Assembly: GCA_021783135.1 (NCBI GenBank)
Contig: JAJXUE010000001.1
Span: forward strand, 41,926-105,925
Direction of reading: 5' to 3'
DNA: 64,000 bases
From: Bacillota bacterium
GTDB taxonomy: Bacteria > Bacillota > Desulfitobacteriia > Desulfitobacteriales > JAJXUE01
Shown piece after piece: positions 41,472-50,551 of the stretch; within the stretch, counting starts at the first letter, position 1; the number at the start of each line of letters is the position of its first letter. The notes under the pieces were generated by a model. That model saw only the letters and a program-made list of their open reading frames with translations. It was not told the DNA's origin and did not search any database. Position numbers and translations under genes: made by a program.

Positions 41472-42116
41472 TTGGCTGCTTTGGTTGGTTTTTTTTCGTA
41501 TTTGCTTAATATATTTTATAACTTTACAAGCTCTATCGGATTTCCAAACTATGGTTTGGCGATTATTTTACTTACAATTATTATTAAGACAATATTGTTT
41601 CCTTTAACATATAAGCAAATGGCTTCTATGCGGAAGATGGCTGATTTAAACCCAAAAATCAAGGAACTTCAGACTAAGTATAAGGCTCAGCCGGAAAAGG
41701 CTAACGCTGAAGTTATGAAGTTATATCAAGAACATAAAGTTAATCCATTGAGTGGCTGCTTACCGTTGGTTATCCAAATGCCTGTGTTTATTGGCTTATA
41801 TAGGACGCTGGCAACACCAGGTATTTTCAGACATAATCCGATGTTTCTAGGTGTTAATTTAACTATCACGCACAACATAATCTTTGCTGTGCTTGCTGCT
41901 ATCACCACATTTTTACAATCTAAATTTTCCGGTACTAATCCGAATGATCCAACGTTTAAGACCATGTTATACGTAATGCCGGTGTTCCTTGCTTATATTA
42001 GCTATACTGTACCGGCGGGTTTAGCGTTGTACTGGGTAGTAATGAACACAATGAGTATTCTCCAGCAACTCTGGATAAATAAAAGAATAGGCAAATTGGC
42101 GGTACAAAAAGCCTAG
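41472..42116 (+). CDS. yidC: YidC/SpoIIIJ-family membrane insertase (short Gram-positive form)
   Basis: GLAIILLTIIIKTILFPLT...MKLYQEHKVNPLSGCLP...LYWVVMN motifs. Confidence 0.9.
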   Translation: MAALVGFFSYLLNIFYNFTSSIGFPNYGLAIILLTIIIKTILFPLTYKQMASMRKMADLNPKIKELQTKYKAQPEKANAEVMKLYQEHKVNPLSGCLPLVIQMPVFIGLYRTLATPGIFRHNPMFLGVNLTITHNIIFAVLAAITTFLQSKFSGTNPNDPTFKTMLYVMPVFLAYISYTVPAGLALYWVVMNTMSILQQLWINKRIGKLAVQKA

Positions 42117-42136
42117 GTTTCTGTAAGGGGGAGCCC

Positions 42137-42769
42137 TTGTTGAAGACTGTAATTAAAACTGGTAAAAGCATTGAAGAGGCCATTGAATTTGCTTTATTGG
42201 AGCTTGGCGTTAAGCAGGATCAAGTAGAAGTGGAAGTTTTAGAAGAACCTGGCAAGCGTTCTATATTTGGACTTTTTGCCGGTAAACCGGCTAAGGTGAG
42301 CGTTAAGTATCAAGATGATCCAACGGAGATGGCGTCAACCTTTCTTGAAAAAGTTTGCGGCGCCATGGGAGTTGTGGCTAAGTTTGAAAAGTCCCAAACA
42401 CCTAGTGGGTTTATGATTAATATTACTGGTCCGGATCTAGGCATATTAATTGGGCGACGTGGGGACACTCTTGATGCCTTACAGTATCTAATTAACTTAG
42501 CTGTTCAAAGGCATTTTTCCGAACGAACAAGAATTATTATTGATGTTGAGGGTTATCGCTTAAGGAGAGAAGAAACTTTGGTTCGTTTGGCAAAACGACT
42601 ATCAGACCGTGTTATAAAAACCGGTTACAAAGTAGTTTTAGAGCCGATGAATCCACAGGAGAGAAGAATCATCCATACAGCTCTGCAGGATGATTCAAGA
42701 GTTTCTACGTTTAGCGAAGGAGAAGAGCCGTTTCGTAAGGTTGTTATTTCTCTTAAAGGTAAACTTTAA
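42137..42769 (+). CDS. jag: RNA-binding protein Jag/KhpB (Jag_N, KH and R3H domains)
   Basis: GKSIEEAIEFALLELGV N-domain, LIGRRGDTLDALQYL KH motif, and the PQERRIIH R3H motif. Confidence 0.88.
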   Translation: MLKTVIKTGKSIEEAIEFALLELGVKQDQVEVEVLEEPGKRSIFGLFAGKPAKVSVKYQDDPTEMASTFLEKVCGAMGVVAKFEKSQTPSGFMINITGPDLGILIGRRGDTLDALQYLINLAVQRHFSERTRIIIDVEGYRLRREETLVRLAKRLSDRVIKTGYKVVLEPMNPQERRIIHTALQDDSRVSTFSEGEEPFRKVVISLKGKL

Positions 42770-42791
42770 GCGCCTAATGGCGCTTTTTTGT
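42768..42791 (+). terminator. Rho-independent terminator after jag
   Basis: AAGCGCC taat GGCGCTT followed by TTTTG. Confidence 0.85.
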
Positions 42792-42843
42792 TATATGGAT
42801 ATTGGCATAATTTTGGGGAATATTGTTATTCGAGGTGACTTGT

Positions 42844-44202
42844 ATGCTGGGTGAAACTATTGCTGCTATTGGCACGGCTTTGGGTGAGGCCGGCATTGGT
42901 ATAGTTCGTCTGAGCGGAGATAACGCTCTTGAAATTATAAAGAGAGTTTTTGTGCCCTTGGACAGGGCAAGATTTGAGCATGGTATTGGGTATCATCTTT
43001 ATTATGGGCACATTCTCGAGCCTGATGTGCAGACTATAGTTGATGAAGTCTTAGTGAGCATAATGCGGAGCCCACACTCCTACACCGGTGAGGATGTTGT
43101 CGAAATCAATTGTCACGGTGGAGTTGTAGCTCAACAGATAATCTTAAATTTAGTACTCAGTAGCGGTGCCAGGTTAGCTTTGCCTGGCGAATTTACCAAA
43201 CGTGCTTTTATTAATGGTAGATTAGACTTAGCTCAGGCCGAAGCCATTATTGATTTAATTCGTGCAAAGACAAGTTTGAGTGCGGCGTCAGCTGTTGAGC
43301 AACTTCGTGGTCGATTGTCGACCGCTATCCAGGAGTGCCGTAATATTTTATTAGGCGTTTTAGCTCACATTGAGGCAGGGATAGACTTTCCGGAAGATGA
43401 CATTGTTCTTAACGAAGATACTGTTTTTATGGCTGAATTGGAGAACGTTCGGGTGCAACTCCAAGGGATACTTAGTACAGCAGAGCGTGGCAAAATATTG
43501 CGAGATGGTTTAAATACTGCCATTGTAGGGCAGCCCAACGTTGGCAAATCAAGCTTGCTTAATGCCTTGTTGCGGGAAGAAAAGGCCATAGTTACTGATA
43601 TCCCTGGTACGACACGTGATGTTTTGGCAGAGTATATCAGTGTGCGAGGGATTCCGTTAAAACTAATGGATACCGCAGGAATACGTGACACGGTTGATTC
43701 AATTGAGAAAATTGGGATTGAGCGTGCCTTGGGTGCATTGCGGAGTGCGGATTTGGTTCTCTTTGTGATTGAGGCTGGTAGGAATTTATCTGCCCGTGAG
43801 AGAGAACTTCTTCTCGCGATTCCTCAAGATAGTTTGATTATAGTAATTAATAAGATCGATGTTGCAGAACCGATGGAACTTGATTTCGATGTCCCTGTTT
43901 ATTTTATTTCGGCCTTGAAGAATGAAGGTATTGCTCAGTTGGAAGATGGTATAGTAAATCTAGCCACCGGTCGCAGCTGGGGTGAAAGTCCAATAGTCAG
44001 TAATACGAGGCATATTTCAACAATAGAGAAAGCTGCAGGGCGTGTCAATGAAGCTATTTATTTGATTTCAAGCGGAGTGCCACTTGATTTAGTTTCCATC
44101 GATATTAGAGCAGCCCATCAGTTTTTGGGCGAAATTTCGGGTGAAACTGTGAGCGAGGATTTGTTAGATGAAATATTCTCGCGTTTTTGTATAGGAAAGT
44201 AG
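42844..44202 (+). CDS. mnmE: tRNA modification GTPase MnmE (TrmE)
   Basis: ATG 42844 lies 5 nt after [20 protein letters not shown]1 motif, DTAGIR G3 motif, C-terminal FCIGK. Confidence 0.95.
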   Translation: MLGETIAAIGTALGEAGIGIVRLSGDNALEIIKRVFVPLDRARFEHGIGYHLYYGHILEPDVQTIVDEVLVSIMRSPHSYTGEDVVEINCHGGVVAQQIILNLVLSSGARLALPGEFTKRAFINGRLDLAQAEAIIDLIRAKTSLSAASAVEQLRGRLSTAIQECRNILLGVLAHIEAGIDFPEDDIVLNEDTVFMAELENVRVQLQGILSTAERGKILRDGLNTAIVGQPNVGKSSLLNALLREEKAIVTDIPGTTRDVLAEYISVRGIPLKLMDTAGIRDTVDSIEKIGIERALGALRSADLVLFVIEAGRNLSARERELLLAIPQDSLIIVINKIDVAEPMELDFDVPVYFISALKNEGIAQLEDGIVNLATGRSWGESPIVSNTRHISTIEKAAGRVNEAIYLISSGVPLDLVSIDIRAAHQFLGEISGETVSEDLLDEIFSRFCIGK

Positions 44203-46112
44203 TGAGTATTTTGGAATATTTAGCTGGAGTATATGACGTTATTGTAATTGGAGCGGGTCATGCAGGTTGTGAAGCTGCGTTAGCAGCTGCACGAATGGGC
44301 TGTCGTACACTACTTCTAACACTTAATTTGGATAACATTGCTTTAATGCCGTGCAATCCATCCGTAGGAGGGCCTGCAAAAGGACATTTGGTTAAGGAGT
44401 TAGACGCTTTAGGTGGCGAAATGGGCATCAATACAGATAAAACGCTCATTCAAATTCGCACCTTAAATAGTGGCAAAGGTCCTGCAGTGCATGCCTTGCG
44501 AGCTCAATCTGACAAAAAGGCCTATATGGTCTCGATGCGTCTCGTTCTGGAAAACACACCTAATTTGGCAGTCAAGCAGGCTACAGTTGATAGAATTTTG
44601 GTGAGCGGTAATTCTGTAGCAGGCGTAGTTACTACCACAGGTGCCAAATTTACTGCTAATAGTGTAGTTGTAACTACAGGTACTTATTTAAAAGGAAGAG
44701 TAATTATTGGGTCAACTGTTGGAACGGCTGGGCCAAATGGGCAGCTTGCTGCCATGGGATTGTCTTCAGCCTTAACTGAGTGCGGCATCGAATTAGGAAG
44801 ATTTAAAACAGGCACTCCCCCTCGCCTTTTCCGAGACTCTATCGACTTCAACAAGTTAGTTATTCAACCCGGTGATGAGGAACTTAAGGGCTTTTCATTT
44901 TTGCAGGTTGATAATCCATTTTTGTGTGGCCAGGCATCAGCCCAATTGCCCTGTTGGTTAGGATATACTACGCCTGAGACTCACCAGATAATTCGCGAAA
45001 ATCTCCATCGGTCCCCGTTGTATAGCGGAATAATTGAAGGTACAGGCCCACGCTATTGTCCATCCATAGAGGATAAAATAGTTAGATTTGCAGCAAAAGA
45101 AGCACATCAGGTTTTTCTAGAACCCGAAGGTTGGAACACCCAGGAAATGTATATTGCTGGCTTGTCCACAAGTTTACCGGAGGACGTCCAGTTCAGACTG
45201 TTACGAAGTATTCCAGGCTTGGAGCGTGTTGAGATGCTTCGAGCCGGTTATGCCATTGAGTACGACTATATTAAGCCTTATCAACTTTCTTTGTCATTGG
45301 AGGTAAAGTCCCTACCCGGGTTATTTTCTGCCGGACAAATAAACGGTACCTCCGGATATGAAGAAGCCGCAGCACAGGGCATCATTGCTGGGATCAACGC
45401 TGCACTTAAAAGTAAGGGCCAAGAACCTTTTGTACTGACGCGTTCGGAGGCTTATATCGGGGTTTTAATTGATGATCTTGTAACTAAGGGAATTACTGAG
45501 CCCTATCGTATGCTAACCTCTCGCGCGGAATATCGCTTACTATTAAGGCAGGACAATGCGGACTTGCGCTTGACAGCCAAGGGACGGGACATTGGCTTAG
45601 TGAGTGATGCAAGGTATGCAATTTTTGAGGCTAAGCAGGTTGCAATTGAGTCCGAAAAGCAGCGTTTAGGGACTACTCATATTTCAGGCTCAAATAATTC
45701 ATTAGCCAGCCTTCTTACTGCTAGAGATAGTGCAGATATAAGGGGATCCATTAGCCTGCTTGACTTACTTAAGAGACCTGAAATTAGCTATACTGATGTG
45801 GCAAGTGTAGGCCCTGCTGAGCAGACGGTGGCGCAGGATGTGGCCGAGCAGATTGAAATTCAGGTTAAATATCAAGGATATATTGACAAGCAAAATGCCC
45901 AGGTTCTCCGTTTTGAAAAAATGGAAAAACGCCAGATCCCCGAGGATTTGGACTATGCTGTGGTATCAGGTCTTTCGACTGAAGGAAGGCAACGACTCCA
46001 TTCAATTCGTCCTTTTAATTTGGGACAGGCTTCACGTATTAGTGGTGTAACTCCCGCTGATTTGTCTGTCTTGATGGTTTATTTGGAACAGAAGCGCAGA
46101 AGGGAGAAATAG
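44202..46112 (+). CDS. mnmG: tRNA uridine 5-carboxymethylaminomethyl modification enzyme MnmG (GidA)
   Basis: [19 protein letters not shown] motif. GTG 44202 overlaps the mnmE stop (TAGTG); the track start TTG 44187 is an alternative. Confidence 0.95.
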   Translation: MSILEYLAGVYDVIVIGAGHAGCEAALAAARMGCRTLLLTLNLDNIALMPCNPSVGGPAKGHLVKELDALGGEMGINTDKTLIQIRTLNSGKGPAVHALRAQSDKKAYMVSMRLVLENTPNLAVKQATVDRILVSGNSVAGVVTTTGAKFTANSVVVTTGTYLKGRVIIGSTVGTAGPNGQLAAMGLSSALTECGIELGRFKTGTPPRLFRDSIDFNKLVIQPGDEELKGFSFLQVDNPFLCGQASAQLPCWLGYTTPETHQIIRENLHRSPLYSGIIEGTGPRYCPSIEDKIVRFAAKEAHQVFLEPEGWNTQEMYIAGLSTSLPEDVQFRLLRSIPGLERVEMLRAGYAIEYDYIKPYQLSLSLEVKSLPGLFSAGQINGTSGYEEAAAQGIIAGINAALKSKGQEPFVLTRSEAYIGVLIDDLVTKGITEPYRMLTSRAEYRLLLRQDNADLRLTAKGRDIGLVSDARYAIFEAKQVAIESEKQRLGTTHISGSNNSLASLLTARDSADIRGSISLLDLLKRPEISYTDVASVGPAEQTVAQDVAEQIEIQVKYQGYIDKQNAQVLRFEKMEKRQIPEDLDYAVVSGLSTEGRQRLHSIRPFNLGQASRISGVTPADLSVLMVYLEQKRRREK

Positions 46113-46115
46113 AGC

Positions 46116-46820
46116 TTGGACAATACTTTGCGTCGGGGAGCTGAAAGTCTGGGTCTTAGTCTGTCAAATTCTCAAGTTGCAAGTTTTCTCAAGTATCTTG
46201 AACTTATTGTAGAGTGGAACAAAAAATTTAATCTCACAGCTATTACGGACCCTAATGAGATTATAGTCAAACACTTCTTAGATTCGTTGTTGATGGCTCC
46301 TTACATTCAGCCTGATGCATTACTAGCAGATGTTGGGACGGGGGCCGGGTTTCCTGGCATTCCGCTTAAAATATTATTTCCCTCTGTCAAATTAACTTTG
46401 GTTGACTCGCTAGCCAAAAGAGTTGTATTTCTGCAAGAGGTGTGTCGTGAGCTTAACCTCACTGAGGTGTCTGCGCTTCACGGGCGCGTTGAGGATATCG
46501 GCAGGTTGAGTTCACATCGGGCACGCTATGACATAGTCGTAACGCGAGCTGTCGCTAAAATGAGTGTTATATGTGAATACTGTTTGCCTTTACTTAGGAT
46601 TTCCGGCAAATTTATTGCGGCTAAGGGCCCCAGCGTTAATCCTGAGATCGAAGCTGCACAAAATGCAATTAAGTTACTTGGGGGAAGACTTATAGAGGTA
46701 AAAACTACGTCTTTACCTGCTAGGGATGATCTAAGAACAATCGTAATCATTGACAAGGTTAATTTGACTCCTATGGAGTATCCGCGCAAAGCCGGAATTC
46801 CCGGCAAAAGTCCCTTATAG
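46116..46820 (+). CDS. rsmG: 16S rRNA (guanine527-N7)-methyltransferase RsmG (GidB)
   Basis: WNKKFNLTAI, DVGTGAGFPGIPLKI SAM motif, ARAVA. Confidence 0.92.
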   Translation: MDNTLRRGAESLGLSLSNSQVASFLKYLELIVEWNKKFNLTAITDPNEIIVKHFLDSLLMAPYIQPDALLADVGTGAGFPGIPLKILFPSVKLTLVDSLAKRVVFLQEVCRELNLTEVSALHGRVEDIGRLSSHRARYDIVVTRAVAKMSVICEYCLPLLRISGKFIAAKGPSVNPEIEAAQNAIKLLGGRLIEVKTTSLPARDDLRTIVIIDKVNLTPMEYPRKAGIPGKSPL

Positions 46821-46856
46821 CATTGGATTTCGATCAGGGTCTTTTCAATTTGGTTT

Positions 46857-46893
46857 AAAACTCCCACTTTAATAAGTGGGAGTTTTAATTTTG
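46857..46893 (+). terminator. Rho-independent terminator after rsmG (hairpin copy 1)
   Basis: 13-bp stem AAAACTCCCACTT / AAGTGGGAGTTTT with loop taat, then AATTTTG. Confidence 0.8.
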
Positions 46894-47101
46894 TTAAAGG
46901 GTGTAAAGTCATTTCACTGAAATTGAGGCACTGTTAAATGGCGCACGATACCTCTTGGCGATTAATGAGCATAAATAATACCTTTAATCCCAGCTAATGT
47001 TATTCCAACTCACATATTTGTGGCAATGCCGATTGTTATGGAAGGAAGAATATGTTGATGCGTGGAATATAGATGGTATAGTTGGAAAGGGACGATAAAT
47101 T

Positions 47102-47863
47102 GTGTCATTAGTTGTAGCAATTGCTAACCAAAAAGGTGGGGTAGCGAAAACCACTACTGCTGTAAACTTGGGAGCGTGCTTGGCGGAGTTGGGTAAAAAG
47201 GTACTGATAGTTGACAGTGACCCGCAAGGCAATGCCAGCAGTGGTCTCGGTACGGACCGGGAAAACCTCGGGCTGTGTCTCTATAGTGTCATTATTGATA
47301 ATGAACCCATTGAAGAAATCATTATCACCACTGGTACAGAGGGTCTTTTTCTTGCTCCTGCATCGATTCAGTTAGCAGGGGCCGAAATTGAGCTTGTTTC
47401 GGCAATAGCACGCGAGCACAAATTACGCAAAGCAATTGAGAGTATTCGCAATGATTATGACTACATAATTATTGATTGCCCTCCTTCGTTAGGGCTCTTG
47501 ACGGTCAATGCTTTGACTGCAGCTGATCGTGTGCTTGTGCCAATTCAATGTGAGTACTATGCACTTGAAGGCTTATCGCTTTTGATGAACACTATCGCAT
47601 TAGTCCAAAAGCATTTAAATCGCGAACTTGATGTTCTTGGCGTTCTGTTAACTATGTTTGACGCGAGGACTAATTTAGCTATTCAGGTTGTAGACGAAGT
47701 TAAGGCTTACTATCCAGGCAAAGTATTTAGATGTATTGTGCCGCGCAATGTTCGCCTCAGCGAAGCGCCGAGCCATGGACTGCCGATTATTTCCTATGAT
47801 CCAAAATCTAAGGGTGCTGAAGTCTATCGGGAACTGGCAAAGGAGGTAATTGAACTTGAGTAA
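47102..47863 (+). CDS. soj: chromosome partitioning ATPase ParA/Soj
   Basis: ANQKGGVAKTTT deviant Walker A, IIDCPPSLG Walker B region; 253 aa. Confidence 0.95.
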   Translation: MSLVVAIANQKGGVAKTTTAVNLGACLAELGKKVLIVDSDPQGNASSGLGTDRENLGLCLYSVIIDNEPIEEIIITTGTEGLFLAPASIQLAGAEIELVSAIAREHKLRKAIESIRNDYDYIIIDCPPSLGLLTVNALTAADRVLVPIQCEYYALEGLSLLMNTIALVQKHLNRELDVLGVLLTMFDARTNLAIQVVDEVKAYYPGKVFRCIVPRNVRLSEAPSHGLPIISYDPKSKGAEVYRELAKEVIELE

Positions 47864-48734
47864 GAAAGGTCTAGGCAAAGGACTACAAGCTTTGCTTCCC
47901 AGTGCCGATGCTAAGGATGAGATTATCAATGAAATTGCATTGGATCAGATTGTTACTAACCCGAACCAGCCAAGGAAGAATTTTGACCTTGTTAAATTAG
48001 AGGAGCTTGCAGAATCTATTAAATTGCATGGAGTTGTTCAACCTATCATTGTTAGAGCCCGCTCGCGCCATAAGTATGAAGTTGTTGCCGGTGAAAGACG
48101 ATTTAGGGCTTGTTTGCTAGCGGGTTTGTCAACCATTCCGGTTGTTATTAAGGATTATTCCGATGCTCAAGTTGCCGAGATTGCTTTAATTGAGAATATT
48201 CAACGCCAAGATCTAGATCCTATTGAAGAGGCTGCAGCATATAGAACGTTAATTGATGAATTTAAGTTTACGCAGGAAACCTTGGCGAAGCAACTTGGCA
48301 AGAGTAGACCTTTTATAGCTAATTCACTGCGGCTTCTTAGTTTACCGTCACAGGTGCAGCGTTATTTGACCGAAGGCAGCCTTACGGTAGGACATGCTAA
48401 GGTTATTTTGGCTTTAAACGAACCTTCTTTAATCATGTTAGTTGCACAAAAGGTTGCTCGTTCTGGCTTATCTGTCAGGGAGACGGAAACGCTTGTCAAG
48501 GGGATTTTAGACAAAACCGATCATCCCGACTTATCGACAGCTGACCTTACTCCTGAGAAGGAAAAGTCTACGGTCGACCCCATTGTTGGGCAAATTGAGG
48601 ATAGGCTGAGAAGCTTACTGCGCACGCAAGTAAAAATTAAGACAAACGGAGACCGTGGCCGGATTGTCATTGATTATTATGGCCAAGAAGAATTAAGTCA
48701 AATTGTTGAGGTTCTTTTGGGAGAACTTTCTTAG
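47850..48734 (+). CDS. spo0J: chromosome partitioning protein ParB/Spo0J
   Basis: GLGKGLQAL start region, NPNQPRK, GERRFRA arginine patch (CTPase), HTH region. The start is TTG 47850 or 47856. Confidence 0.95.
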   Translation: MNLSKKGLGKGLQALLPSADAKDEIINEIALDQIVTNPNQPRKNFDLVKLEELAESIKLHGVVQPIIVRARSRHKYEVVAGERRFRACLLAGLSTIPVVIKDYSDAQVAEIALIENIQRQDLDPIEEAAAYRTLIDEFKFTQETLAKQLGKSRPFIANSLRLLSLPSQVQRYLTEGSLTVGHAKVILALNEPSLIMLVAQKVARSGLSVRETETLVKGILDKTDHPDLSTADLTPEKEKSTVDPIVGQIEDRLRSLLRTQVKIKTNGDRGRIVIDYYGQEELSQIVEVLLGELS

Positions 48735-48820
48735 CGGGTTACGCTTGGCCTTGGAAAGTGGTCCACAGATACGTGGAATCATGGGGAATGTTGTGTTCTA
48801 TTTTTTTCATCCTATTTTGT

Positions 48821-48846
48821 GACTCCCACTTTTATTAGTGGGAGTC
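48821..48846 (+). terminator. hairpin after parB (copy 2 of the rsmG terminator stem); weak U tract
   Basis: GACTCCCACT tttatt AGTGGGAGTC. Its 24-nt core is 22/24 identical to the core at 46859-46882. Confidence 0.5.
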
Positions 48847-49094
48847 CAACTTTGTGGCCAACATGATCGTCATCGCTGTCCTGACAGAAGGCCAGATTAG
48901 TCAGCCTCACGGAACAGCAGCCTGAAATTCGTATCAGTTATGAAGCCAAGTTACGAGCCGAATTGTGATACCATACCTACTGGCGTTAGAGGGCGTCAGT
49001 GAGACTATTACTTTTGTTATTTTTTTAGAAAGACGAGTCCTTTATGATTCGTGGTGACGCGTTTAGTAGGTACAGGTGGCTAGTACTGGATTTA

Positions 49095-49110
49095 TGTTCT
49101 ACGTGGAACA
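49095..49110. other. near-consensus parS site
   Basis: TGTTCTACGTGGAACA differs at one position from the perfect palindrome TGTTCCACGTGGAACA. It lies 360 bp downstream of parB. Confidence 0.6.
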
Positions 49111-49306
49111 TTCTGTACTTTTCCTACGGCTGTGAACGTTCAGATCACGCGCCCGGATAGTTGCGACAATTTTCGTGTTTGGCTCAGAACGGCTAATGGG
49201 CGTAGCAAAAGACAATACTAGCTTTAAGTCTGGCAACAAATTGATAATTATAATTTATACTTTAACTTTCCCTAAAGTGTGCAAGGTGCTTTCGACTGAG
49301 TGGATA

Positions 49307-49356
49307 GTCTCCCTTCCATTAAATGTTCCATATGGAACATTTAATGGAAGGGAGAC
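49307..49356. repeat. 50-bp perfect palindrome (25+25, no spacer) with a parS-like core
   Basis: GTCTCCCTTCCATTAAATGTTCCAT|ATGGAACATTTAATGGAAGGGAGAC. I checked every base of the left arm against the reverse complement of the right arm. The core is TGTTCCATATGGAACA (49324-49339). Confidence 0.9.
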
Positions 49357-49393
49357 TTAGTAAGGGGTAAGGCAAAAAACAAAGGGGAATGGC

Positions 49394-50542
49394 ATGATAT
49401 ATTTGGACAATGCTGCAACAACGTGGCCCAAACCCAAAGAGGTTAAAGAAGCAATGTGCTTGGCAATGGATGACTATGCCTTTAACCCAGGGCGAGGAAG
49501 GTACCGCGGAGCGTTAAGCACCTCGGGGAAAGTGCAACATACGAGAGATCTGCTAGCCCAATTATTCGGAATCGCGGACTCGCACAGAATAGTCTTTACA
49601 GTAAATGCCACAATGGCAATAAATATGGCCTTGCAAGGGATGCTCAACCCGGGTGACCATGTTATAACAACTTCAATTGAACATAACGCTGTATGGCGTC
49701 CGCTTAAGTATTTACAACGTCGCGGGGTAGAACTTACTGTAATCAACTGTGAATTGGACGGTACAATAGATGCTGAACAAATTCGCCTCGCGCTACGAAC
49801 TAATACAAAGTTAATAGTTTCAACCCATGCATCCAATGTTTTAGGTACTATTGAGCCAATTGCAGCGATAGGAAAGATAGCAAGAGAACACAATGTAGCA
49901 TATTTGGTCGACGCAGCCCAGACTGCAGGTGTAATTCCGATCAACGTAGAGGAGATGTGCATAGACCTGTTAGCCTTTCCCGGACATAAAGGATTGCTGG
50001 GGCCACAGGGCACAGGAGGACTATATGTTGGACCAAGAGTAAATCCGCAGCCGTTGCTACAAGGTGGAACCGGCAACAATTCGGAACAAGACTATCAACC
50101 CGAAGCATTCCCGGAAAAACTGGAAAGCGGCACGTTAAACACTGTTGGTATAGTGGGTTTAGGAGCAGGAATAGAACACTTACTAGCCACTGGAATAGAT
50201 AACATATATACGTACGAACTAAACTTGTGTAAATTATTGGTCAAAGGATTGCGCCAAATAGAAAATGTCCAAATTTACGGTGTGGACGATTGGCAAGCAA
50301 GAGTGCCCCTGGTTTCATTAAACCTTGGTAAGCACAATTCGAATGAAGTTGGCTATATTTTAGACCGAATTTATCAAATCTGGGTAAGAACTGGTTTGCA
50401 TTGCGCACCCCAAGCCCATAGAACAATGCATACACTTGAACAAGGTTGTATCAGAGTTAGCCCATCGAACTTTACCACTCAAAGTGAGATTGAAAGCTTT
50501 GTCCAGGCTATAGAAGAAATTAACGAGGAGTTACGAGGGTAG
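49394..50542 (+). CDS. class V aminotransferase, cysteine desulfurase family (NifS/CsdA-like)
   Basis: MIYLDNAATTWPKP start, STHASNVLGT, and FPGHKGLLGPQGTGGLY (PLP lysine in HK). RBS AAAGGGGAA. Confidence 0.85.
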   Translation: MIYLDNAATTWPKPKEVKEAMCLAMDDYAFNPGRGRYRGALSTSGKVQHTRDLLAQLFGIADSHRIVFTVNATMAINMALQGMLNPGDHVITTSIEHNAVWRPLKYLQRRGVELTVINCELDGTIDAEQIRLALRTNTKLIVSTHASNVLGTIEPIAAIGKIAREHNVAYLVDAAQTAGVIPINVEEMCIDLLAFPGHKGLLGPQGTGGLYVGPRVNPQPLLQGGTGNNSEQDYQPEAFPEKLESGTLNTVGIVGLGAGIEHLLATGIDNIYTYELNLCKLLVKGLRQIENVQIYGVDDWQARVPLVSLNLGKHNSNEVGYILDRIYQIWVRTGLHCAPQAHRTMHTLEQGCIRVSPSNFTTQSEIESFVQAIEEINEELRG

Positions 50543-50551
50543 GGTGATGGT

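Noticed and set aside
47050-47080. parS half-site-like words (GCGTGGAAT) just upstream of parA and again at 48770-48780
   Set aside because: Only one half of the 16-bp palindrome matches in each case. I report them as weak context under the twin-hairpin finding rather than as parS sites.
49175-49360. 61-aa ORF spanning the 50-bp palindrome
   Set aside because: It has no RBS, its sequence is dictated by the palindrome, and it has no recognisable motif. The region is better treated as non-coding.
49474-50079. 201-aa ORF antisense to the class V aminotransferase gene
   Set aside because: The sense strand encodes a full-length protein with clear PLP-enzyme motifs. The antisense product is Pro/Ser/Cys-rich low-complexity sequence with no RBS, which looks like a shadow ORF. 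The same reasoning applies to 46526-46912 (antisense to rsmG), 61682-62167 (antisense to the HEAT gene), 50479-50865, 2645-3013, 7208-7558, 23635-23979 and 12030-12371 (antisense to abrB).
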